From Podarcis muralis (taxonomy: Eukaryota), in NCBI RefSeq assembly GCF_964188315.1, contig NC_135671.1, positions 26,350,001 through 26,414,000 of the forward strand: a stretch of DNA of 64,000 nt, read 5' to 3'. The notes beneath the pieces were generated by a model that had not been told where the DNA came from, did no database searches, and saw only the letters and a program-made list of their open reading frames with translations. This document shows, piece after piece, positions 49,891-59,153 of this stretch. The position numbers and the translations under genes were made by a program. Each line of letters starts with the position of its first letter. The stretch's first letter is position 1.

Positions 49891-51030
49891 CATAGAATTG
49901 TAGCGTTGTAAGGGACCCCAAGAGTCATCTAGTTCAATCCTCTGCAATGCAGCTAAATCTCAGCTAAAGCACCCATGACAGATCACCAAATCTTTGCTTA
50001 AAAACCTCCAAGGAAAGAGAGTCCACCACCTCTCATGGGAATTTGTTCCACTGTCGAACAGCTCTTGCTGTCAGAAAGTTCTTCCTGGTATTTAGTCAAA
50101 ATCTCCTTTCTTGTAACTTGAATCCATTAGTTTGGGTCCTAGCCTCTGGAGCAGGAGAAAACAAGCTTGCTCCATCCTTCATGGGATAGCCTTGATGCTT
50201 TTGAATTATGGTGCTGGAGGAGACTCTTGAGAGTCCCATGGACTGCAAGTAAACCGATCCATTCTGAAGGAAATCAGCCCTTAGTGCTCACTAGAAGGAC
50301 AGATCCTGAAGCTGAGGCTCTAAGACTTTGGCCACCTCATGAGAAGAGAAGACTCCCGGAAAAGACCCTGATGTTGTGAAAGATTGGGGGCACAAGGAAA
50401 AGGGGACGACAGAGGACGAGATGGTTGGATAGTGTTCTCGAAGCGACCAAGCTGTGGAAGGCAGCGGAAGACAGGAGTGCCTGGCGTGCTCTGGTCTATG
50501 GGGTCACGAAGAGTCAGACACGACTAAAAGACTAAGCAAAATCATATCTCCTCTCAGTCTTCTCTTTACCAGGCTGAAAATACTCAATTCTCTCAATTGT
50601 ACCTCATAAGGCTTGGTTTCCAGACATTTGATCATCTTGGTCACCCTCCTTTGCACACGTTTTCAGCTTGCCAATAACCTTCTTAAATTGTAGTGTGCAG
50701 AATTGGACACATTATTCCAGATATGGTCTGACCGAGGCAGAACAGAGCAGTACTATTACTTCCCTTGATCGAAACACTATACTTATGTTGATGCAGCCTA
50801 GAATAGGATTAGCTTTTTTTGCTGCTGCATCACACTCTTGACTCATGTAAACTTGTAGTCTACTAAAATCCCTTATCATTTGTACTACTGGCAGTCCAGG
50901 TGTCCCCCATCTTATATTTGTGCAGCTGATTTTCCTGCTTAAGTGCAGAACCGTACATTTGTCCCTATAGAGATTCATTTTCTTAGATTTAGCCCTCTTT
51001 TCCAATCTGTTAATATCATCTTGAATCCTG
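49891..51030 (-). mobile_element. CR1 LINE 3' fragment, interrupted by BovB
   Basis: CR1 tail at left. ORF KKMNLYRDKCTVLHL...MSQECDAAAKKANPILGCINISIVFRSREVIVLLCSASVRPYLE. Confidence 0.92.
50192..50540 (+). mobile_element. BovB/RTE LINE 3' end nested in CR1
   Basis: ORF DAFELWCWRRLLRVPWTA, ...EKTLML, and 3' end ggggtcacgaagagtcagacacgactaaaagactaa. Confidence 0.93.
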
Positions 51031-51338
51031 ATTTTTACAATGTTTTTCAGGCAAAAATGGGTGGCTGCAAAGCTTCAATTGTCGTGTTTCACAGGACTGA
51101 AGATTTTTATTTTGGTGGGAGTCAAACCCTCCTCACTGAAGGGTTGTTTCACACAAAATGCAGGGGGAAATGAGTTTACCACTAAATGTATTCTTAATTG
51201 AGAAGTGCAGCCAATCCTAGCTCTCTGTATGATTTTGATGATTATATCTATGATTTTGTTTGAAAGATTGTTTGAAAATTTATGTACTCTCCTTCATCTA
51301 AAGGGTCAGCAATTGCGTGTAGTAAAATATCTTACAGA

Positions 51339-51476
51339 CAGGGCTTTTTTTTTCAGCTGGAGCCTAGAGGAGCTCAGTTCTGGCACCTCTCAGGTGGGCC
51401 CCATTGCCATTCTAAGAGAATGAGGGAGGTGTTCATGGTGAGCTCTGGCGCCTCTTTTTCTAGAGAAATAGCACTG
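51339..51476. mobile_element. hAT MITE, 138 bp
   Basis: Perfect 8-bp TSD CTTACAGA (51331-51338, 51477-51484). Termini CAGGGCTTTTT / AAATAGCACTG. Confidence 0.92.
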
Positions 51477-51992
51477 CTTACAGAATATAGTGTACATTGA
51501 TCCTCAAGAGTTGTCACCTGATCTAAGACAATGCAAAATGAAATCAAATCTATTTCATAAGGATGGATCATAGAGAAGTTGTGAGGAGTGATCTAAAAAG
51601 TTTTCTGATGTATCCTACTGGAATTGCTTATGTGCTTCAGGTGCTTTGTGTATAAGATTTTACATAAATGCCTCTGGTTATTGCATGTATCCCGGTACGT
51701 TGCCTAAGGTCATGATAATTGGTTAATCTGTAATCATTATGATGTCTTCATAAAGACAATTATTCTGTTTCCTACTTATTTGTAATTTTTTTAGGCTGAA
51801 ATTTTGAATCCCCCACCCCACCCCCAGTTTTCTGTGTCCTGGTTTAATTTAGCTAAATGTTGGTTGGTAATATGCTTCAAATTCAAGGGATAGAATTAAA
51901 ATAGTTTTAGTGTAATGCACTGCTGTTTTTCGGGAAGAAGAGGTTTCTAGGCTGAGAGGACAGGGCTGCTCCTGCCACACAGTTCTTCTCAT

Positions 51993-52140
51993 ATAGAATC
52001 ATAGAACTGTAGAGTTGGAAGGGACCACAGAGATCATCTAGTCCAACCCCGTGCAATGCAGGAATCTTTCACCCAACATGAGGCTCAAACCCACAACCCT
52101 GGGATTAAGAGTCTCATGCTCTACTACCAACTGAGCTATC
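51993..52140 (-). mobile_element. Squam2-type SINE (tRNA-Lys-like head plus CR1 tail)
   Basis: Reverse complement GATAGCTCAGTTGGTAGTAGAGCATGAGACTCTTAATCCCAGGGTTGTGGGTTTGAGCC, then a CR1 tail ending (TTCTATGA)n. Confidence 0.88.
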
Positions 52141-52662
52141 TGCTGCTGGACAGATGACTTGATGGGACTTTGACTCATCATAGGAGGGAGCTATTTCTAG
52201 CTGAAACCTTGATTACTTATAATGGAAGCAGAAACCAGCACACACAGGAAAGAAAAAGAGATCTGCATTTATAAGGGCTGTGCTGTTAACTGGCAGAGCT
52301 TGAGAGTACCAGCAAGTCACTGTCATTCCAGTACTGTCTAGTTAATCTTTTCATTTGCTGTGAAATCTGTCAATGGGCAAATACTCAAACTTGAAAGCAT
52401 AACATCATAATAGAGAGTATATTGCATTTCAAGAAAATCAAATCAAATACAGACCGTTGCGACAATGCTTTCTATTTTCAGATCTTTTACAAATCTCTTC
52501 TTACGTGGTTGTGATTTGATTACTGATTTCCCCAAAAGTTGGCATTGTAACTAAATGTGAGAGTGGATGTATGTACATGTTTTCAATTAAAGAGACTAGA
52601 AATGGAACAATAGGATTTTCTTGCTGATCGTACTGTGCTGGAGCAGGACTGCTCATAACATA

Positions 52663-52901
52663 TAGTGGTACCTCGGGTTATGTACTTAATTCATTCCGGA
52701 GGTCTGTTCTTAACCTGAAACTGTTCTTAACCTGAAGCATCACTTTAGCTAATGGGGCCTCCTGCTGCCGTGCCGCCGGAGCCCGATTTCTGTTCTTATA
52801 TTGAAGCAAAGTTCTTAACCTGAAGCACTATTTCTGGGTTAGTGGAGTGTGTAACCTGAAGCATATGTAACCTGAAGCGTATGTAACCCGAGGTACCACT
52901 G
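52663..52901. mobile_element. pogo/Tigger-like MITE, family 2, second copy
   Basis: TIRs TAGTGGTACCTCGGGTTA / TAACCCGAGGTACCACTG, TA flanks. Homologous to 18014-18240. Confidence 0.92.
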
Positions 52902-52919
52902 TACTAGTGTTGAAAGTTA

Positions 52920-53099
52920 CCATATTTATTCAAATGAAATGTGCACCTTTTTTGGCCAAATTATGTCATGGAAATTAGGGTGCACATTAGATTTGACGGT
53001 ACATTTACATTTGCCAGCAAATACTTCTTTGATTTCAAAGATTTGAAAATTGAGGTATGCATTTGATTCGATGGTACATTAGATTCGCGTAAATACAGG
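52920..53099. mobile_element. Tc2-like (Tc1/mariner) MITE, diverged
   Basis: TA flanks. Imperfect TIRs CCATATTTATTCAAAT / GATTCGCGTAAATACAGG, plus internal repeats of gcacattagatt. Confidence 0.65.
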
Positions 53100-53261
53100 T
53101 AACACTAGTGCTGATATGTGTTTCCTGAAATTCAGTATAAAAGTTTTCAGTATTTTAAGTGACATGTTTTATTCAGCACGTTTTTGTAGGGTATGTCTCC
53201 TTGACTCACTCACCCCACATTCTTTCTGCTGTGCGCTCACTTCTTGTGTGTGTTTTTCTAG

Positions 53262-53362
53262 ACTGAATTTAGAGGAAGAATTGGATCAGATGAGAGTGTA
53301 TACATCTAGGGATAAAGCTACAATACAAGAACTGAATATATGCCTGCAACAAGAAAGAGAAG
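53262..53362 (+). CDS. CNTLN: Centlein coding exon H (LNLEEELDQMRVYTSRDKATIQELNICLQQERE)
   Basis: tttttctag acceptor, gtaggc donor, 101 nt (phase 2 to 1). Matches recalled human MNLEEELDELKVHISIDKAAIQELNRCVAERRE. Confidence 0.95.
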
Positions 53363-53541
53363 GTAGGCTTATTTCAGCCATAATGTCAAACAAACCATGT
53401 GTCGTGCTAGTTATAGTTTATAACCCAAACCATAGCTTTAGATCTGTTTCTGTACTTTTCTTTTCTGTCCTCGCAACGCTCAGCTTCATAAGTTCATTCT
53501 AGGCCCCATGGTACAGTTGCAGTGGGAAACAGAGCGATGGC

Positions 53542-54138
53542 TGTATAATTATGATGTGTTAATTCAGACATCACACCAAACTGTATTCTCAAACACTATT
53601 AAAATCATAGCCTCTGATGCTGGTTTGCCAGCCAAATGCAAACTGTGGTTTGTCAATTCACAAATTACTTGAAAACATACTTAAGCTTCTTAAAACCCTG
53701 GCTGGCGAAACCAGAATCCAAAAACCACAATTGGTGATAACTATAGTTTGGTATATATGGGACGCGGGTGGCGCTGTGGGTTAAACCACAGAGCCTAGGG
53801 CTTGCCGATCAAAAGGTCGGCGGTTCAAATCCCCGCGATGGGGTGAGCTCCCGTTGCTCGGTCACTGCTCCTGCCAACCTAGCAGTTTGAAAGCACATCA
53901 AAATGCAAGTAGATAAATAGGTACCGCTCCAACGGGAAGGTAAACGGTGCTTCCATGCACTGCTCTGGTTCGCCAGAAGCGGCTTAGTCATGCTGGCCAC
54001 ATGACCCGGAAGCTGTACGCCGGCTCCCTCAGCCAATAAAGCGAGATGAGCGCCGCAACCCCAGAGTCGTTCACGACTGGACCTAATGGTCAGGGGTCCC
54101 TTTACCTTTTATAGTTTGGTATGATGTCAGTATTAACA
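53542..54138. mobile_element. Palindromic MITE-like element hosting Squam1 copy 5
   Basis: gttaattcagacatcacaccaaactgta vs reverse complement of tatagtttggtatgatgtcagtattaac, about 28-bp imperfect inverted repeats. Confidence 0.6.
53759..54109 (+). mobile_element. Sauria/Squam1 SINE copy 5 (the only sense copy)
   Basis: GGGACGCGGGTGGCGCTGTGGGTTAAACC head, TTTACCTTT tail. TSD tatagtttggtat at 53742-53754 and 54110-54122. Confidence 0.96.
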
Positions 54139-54641
54139 GGGGGGTGAGAAGGATAAACAGCTGCCCTGAGCTTTTTGGAAGAAATGTAATAAATTTCCCT
54201 CAGTTTACTTACACAGAGGCTTGCTGTTGTAATAATTTTTCAGCTTCTCCCTTTTTAATCATGAGGATCACATACATGGATATAAGAAATGGCCTATCAA
54301 ACCATATCTATGGCAGTTGTCCCTCTTGCATCTAGCAACTTGTCTGTGTCAGTTATGTCAGTCACTTCAGATATACATTGCTTCAAGTGCTTTCTTTGTT
54401 GTGAAGCTCTTCAATAAGTAAGAAATGAGTCACAGTTCTCCTAAAATGGCACTCTACCATAATTAAGTCATAAAGGCATTGGCTCTAATGTGTGCCTTAT
54501 TGCATCAATTGAATTTAACTTCAAATTATTGTGATTACCATAATCATGCATTTCAGTGCTTTTTGGTTGTTTTTTTTAAGGCTGGCATCTGGGATCTAAA
54601 AGCACTGTTTGCATAGCTGTTAAGGGGATTTGGTTTCCAAC

Positions 54642-55227
54642 CATAAGAACGAGAAAAGAGTCTGCTGAATCAGGCCAGTGGCCCATCTAGTCCAGCATCC
54701 TGGTCTCATACTGGTTGACCGGGGTATCTGTGGGCAGCCTGTAAGCAGGACATGTGTGCGACAGCACTCTTGCCTCCTGCTTTTCCCATGATAACACCGG
54801 TCTTGAAAGACCTACATTGGCTCCCAGTACGTGTCCGAGCACAATTCAAAGTGTTGGTGCTGACCTTTAAAGCCCTAAACAGCCTCAGTCCAGTATATCT
54901 GAAGGAGCGTCTCCACCCCCATTGTTCAGCCCGGACACTGAGGTCCAGCGCCGAGGGCCTTCTGGCGGTTCCCTCACTGTGAGAAGCCAAGTTACAGGGA
55001 ACCAGGCAGAGAGCCTTCTTGGTAGTGGCGCCCGCCCTGTGGAACGCCCTCCTACCAGATGTTAAAGAGAGCAACAACTACCAGACTTTTAGAAGATATC
55101 TGAAGGCAGCCCTGTTTAGGGAAGCTTTTAATGTTTGATGTCTTACTGTATTTTAATATTTTGTTGGAAGCCGCCCAGAGTGGCTGGGGAAACCTAACCA
55201 GATGGGTGGGGTATAAAAAATACATTT

Positions 55228-55262
<35 letters not shown>

Positions 55263-55360
55263 TATTCCTCTGGCAGTGGAGGTAGAACATAGCCATTGTA
55301 GCTGGTAGTCATTGACAGCCTTGAATTTGTCTAGTCCTCTTTTAAAGCCATCAAAGGAGT
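54642..55360 (-). mobile_element. CR1 3' fragment, interrupted by L2
   Basis: cataagaac...gaatcaggccagtggcccatctagtccagcatcc, resuming cctctggcagtggaggtagaacatagcc after the L2. Confidence 0.8.
54787..55262 (+). mobile_element. Relatively young L2 3' end with (ATC)n tail
   Basis: ORF ITPVLKDLHWLPVRVRAQFKVLVLTFKALNSLSPVYLKERL, CpGs retained, (ATC)11 tail. Confidence 0.93.
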
Positions 55361-55515
55361 CAGTTGCCTCCCATAAATACTTGCCATTATCTTTCTTCTT
55401 TTTCTACGTTGGCACATTTTGACCCTCTAGCTTAGAGTGCAGAAGCAGAATCCCTTGGTGGGGGAAAGCAACATCCCTGTGGATGTGCGCAGCCCAAAAC
55501 TTTGAACACTCCAAA

Positions 55516-55749
55516 CCCAGAGTGGCTGGGGCAAGCCAATCCAGTGGGCGGGGTACAAATAATAAAATTATTGTTGTTATTATTATTCATAGTATTCTGA
55601 GGTTCCATTTCCAGACTGGCTGGGGCATGGAATGGGAGCACCATATCCTCCAACATTACTCCAATGAAAATAGGGTTGTCCTATTCAACAACAACAATAT
55701 TACTCTCTATACCCTGCCCATCGGACTGGCTTGCCCCAGCCACTCTGGG
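55516..55749. repeat. Inverted pair of 40-bp L2-tail sequences (55516-55555, 55710-55749)
   Basis: 36/40 identity between arm 1 and the reverse complement of arm 2; 154-nt spacer. Confidence 0.9.
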
Positions 55750-55802
55750 TTGCTTCCAACATATATAAAAACATCATAAAACATTAAACATTAACAAACT
55801 TC

Positions 55803-56036
55803 CCTATGCGGGGCGTGGGGAGCCCCGCCGGGAGCACAGGGCAACGGCGCACAGCCCACCCGCCACTCCCAAGCGGCGCCGGAAAGAAGGGGGAAGGGGG
55901 GAAGGCTGCCAGCAAAGTGGCGCGGCTCCCCCCCCCCCCCCAGGAAGCAGTTCAGATTGGTAGGGGAATATCTATTTTTCTTTTTTCCTATTGATTTTTA
56001 AAGGTGCGGCTTATTTACAGGTGCGGCTTATATCCG
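55803..56036. mobile_element. GC/CpG-rich truncated Tc2-like DNA-element fragment
   Basis: Tandem ggtgcggcttat subterminal motif (x2) as seen in Tc2-like ends. Terminal bases missing. Confidence 0.45.
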
Positions 56037-56231
56037 CTGTTCCTGGAAAACCGGGGCACTTGGAGGGACTGCAGCATTCCTCTGAGGGACTGGAGATACA
56101 CTGCCAGCTCTGGCTTAATTTTAACTGTAATCTGGACATTTAGTCAGTGTTGTGTCAGTTAACCTCACTATCGACACCTGAATCTAGAGTGAATTCTGCA
56201 TACTTTGCTTGGTAGCAATGAACCTTTGTAA

Positions 56232-56233
<2 letters not shown>

Positions 56234-56277
<44 letters not shown>
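56234..56277. repeat. (CT)22 microsatellite
   Basis: Read directly. Confidence 0.93.
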
Positions 56278-56281
<4 letters not shown>

Positions 56282-57282
56282 GTTGCATTGTGGCTTTCCT
56301 AAATTCTGGATCACCGAAAAAAAAAGATATTTAAATCACCTTTGTTTTCAGTGTGTGTAAATCTTATATTCAGTAGTTGTAATTCATATATCTAATCATG
56401 TTATAAGGTTTAACGCTGAGTGCTTTGATCAGTTTATTATTAGAAACAAAACAAAAAACTCCCTCAAAAGTAAATGTTGATGTAAAAGCTACAATTGACA
56501 TTCAAATGAGTGAATATTTAGGAAAAGATGAAAAGCCTCTATGTGTTACCATTGCATGTTACTTAAAGGAAGTAGCAAATGTATGCAGTACCACTGTGCT
56601 GAGGGACTAGCCTTGGAACTAACATGGGAGCTGATAGATTAATATCAAGGTAAAGGTACATATTCCCCAGCTGCACAATTTTAGTTTTTTCAGCTTCTAT
56701 TATCTTTAGACTGGTGCTCCATTTATTTTGTGAATACAGAAGTTTTAATTGGCCATGACATGTTCCAAAGACAAAAGAAAGATCTAATTCTCTCTAACAA
56801 ACTTGTTAGTCACTGTTTATGCCAAGAGGATTGCTAACCTACAGAGAGTAGCAGGCTTTTCTTCTGCTCCTCCTTTGTTTGTGAATTGAAAGTTCTTAAG
56901 TGACCTGCCATGTCTGCTTTACTTTTGAATGACGGTTCTAAAGCAAACCTTTAGCCGGTATAGTGGATATTATTCTCTGAGGAGGCACGTCTTGTTTACC
57001 CTAAAAATATTTTTGCAACATTTGAGCAGTTTTCCTGCAATCCATTTCCTTTATATAACATTTTTTTAAAAGCTCAGTTCACAGTTAAAAGCACAGCTGT
57101 GGCTTAGTATATGCACACAAACATACTTTCTGAGCCCTTGGCTAATGTGCACTTGATGAATTTAATTTAAATATGGGAATGGACATTTGGAAGGGGTGCA
57201 GCACTGCATATTTTGGGAGAGAAGGACTGGCTGGAGTGAACCATTCAGACATGCAAACCATGATTTCATGTTGCATTCATTA

Positions 57283-57907
57283 AGTAGCCATCTTGAAATA
57301 CCTCAAGGGCTGTCACATGGTAGAAGGAGCAAGCTTGTTTTCTCCTGCTCTGGAGGGTAGGACTCGAACCAATGGCTTCAAGTTACAAGAAAGGAGATTC
57401 CGACTAAACATCAGGAAAAAATTTTTGACAGTACAGTGGTGCCTCGCAAGACGAAAAGAATCCGTTCCGCGATTCTCTTCGTCTAGCGGTTTTTTCGTCT
57501 TGCGAAGCAAGCCCATTGACAGCTTAGCGGATTAGCGGCTTTTCACGATCAGCTGTTAAGCGGCTTAGCGGCTTAGGAAAAGGGGGGGGGAGCGAAAAAA
57601 ACCCGCGGGGACTCGCAAGATTTTCCTATAGGGAAATTCGTTTTGCGAAGCGCCTCCAAAACGGAAAACCCTTTCGTCTAGCGGGTTTTCCGTCTTGTGA
57701 GGCGTTCGTCTTGCGGGGCACCACTGTAAAAGCCGTTTGACAGTGGAAAAGTCTCCCACGGGAGGTGGTGCACTCTCCTTCCTTGGAGGTTTATAAACAG
57801 AGGTTGGGTGGCCATCTGTCACGAATTGTTTAGCTTAGACTCCTGCATTGCTGGGGGTTGGACTAGATGATTCTGGGGGTCTCTTCCAACTCTGCAATTC
57901 TATGATT
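57283..57907 (+). mobile_element. CR1 LINE 3' end, interrupted by a MITE
   Basis: ORF KYLKGCHMVEGASLFSPALEGRTRTNGFKLQERRFRLNIRKKFLTV. Resumes after the MITE with the TA duplicated. Confidence 0.93.
57434..57726. mobile_element. pogo/Tigger-like MITE, family 1, second copy, nested in CR1
   Basis: TIRs CAGTGGTGCCTCGCAAGACGAA / TTCGTCTTGCGGGGCACCACTG, TA TSD (57432-3, 57727-8). Confidence 0.95.
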
Positions 57908-57925
57908 TGGTCCTTTGGGCAAGCT

Positions 57926-58169
57926 AAGAAGAAGAGTTTGGATTTGATATCCCGCTTTATCACTACCTTAAGGAGTCTCAAAGTGGCTAACATTCTCCTT
58001 TCCCTTCCTCCCCCATAACAAACACTCTGTGAGGTGAGTGGGGCTGAGAGACTTCAGAGAAGTGTGACTAGCCCAAGGTCACCCAGCAGCTGCATGTGGA
58101 GGAGCGGGGAAGCGACCCGGTTCACCAGATTACAAGTCCACTGCTCTTAACCACTACACCACACTGGCT
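57926..58169 (-). mobile_element. Squam3-type SINE, second copy
   Basis: Homologous to 865-1107; (TTC)n tail and tRNA-like head. Confidence 0.88.
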
Positions 58170-59061
58170 AGTTGTGTGAGTGAGTTTCTGCCCATGTGGT
58201 CATGAATATATCCAGCACAAACCGCAGAAAAGGCATTGGAATGATGTGATGGAAATGGTTGGAACTGGGCCGCAGAATTGGCTTATCAGATGGAGCAGCA
58301 GGGCGTGTTTTCAAGGCGGGTTCCAGATTGCCTATTTGAAACGCTTGTTTTTACTTTTATAAACAATGGTTAGTATGTGACAAAAAATAGGTTTTGTGTT
58401 TTCAACTTTGGGGCTAGAGCGAGGAGGAGGTACAGTCGGGGGATACCATAAAGCGTGTGGATGATCTTCAGAGTGGTGAATAGAATGATGGGTCACCAGT
58501 TGGTTGCTGGAGTTTCTAATTGCTATGAATCTCCAGCATTTCAGTGGAATGGCATGTGCGACTTATCCTGTAAAGTACTTGATCTTTCACCTTACAAGAA
58601 AGGGAGTTTAAAGTTCCGTCCACCCTAATTCTGTTTCTGTTTGCTTTGTTCGCCAATCACTCTGATCCTCCTGGCAGGGGATAAGACCCAGAGAACAAAA
58701 CTGCTAGTGACTGTGTAGATAAAAAGACTTGTGAATTTGCCTTTTATGGCACAGAGGGAATAGTCTATAAAAGAATGAAGATGGGAATAAAAGTACAGCA
58801 TCTTTAACCTGCACATCTATTGTACCTTTGAAAAGCTTGTACTGGGGGGGAAAAACATGGTGATGCTACAAGGATTAATAATTATACAGCATAAGACTTT
58901 AAAAAAAGGTCACTCTTTTGAGGCTGACCAAATGGCTTGACAAGAAAATAGACCACATTATTCATAATTGGGAAGCCAATGAACCCATTTCCTTAAAATG
59001 CCTTGGTATTGTTTTACTAGGATATTAGGTGTCAAAATATATTATTTATTTCCTCTTCCAG

Positions 59062-59153
59062 AGCTGCTCTTTAGACTTGGTGAAGAGGATGGGGTCAAGA
59101 ACAGTACTCCAAAGAAGAATGTGAAAGAAATACCAGCACAGACATTACTGAAG
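59062..59153 (+). CDS. CNTLN: Centlein coding exon I (ELLFRLGEEDGVKNSTPKKNVKEIPAQTLLK)
   Basis: ctcttccag acceptor, aag|gtaccc donor, 92 nt (phase 1 to 0). Matches recalled human EQLFRSGEDDEVKRSTPEKNGKEMLEQTLQK. Confidence 0.93.

Noticed and set aside
52075-52140. tRNA-Lys-like sequence (also tRNA-like heads at 3447, 36000-36075 and in Squam1/Squam3)
   Set aside because: Fused to LINE-derived tails and lacking a complete acceptor stem, so these are SINE heads rather than tRNA genes.
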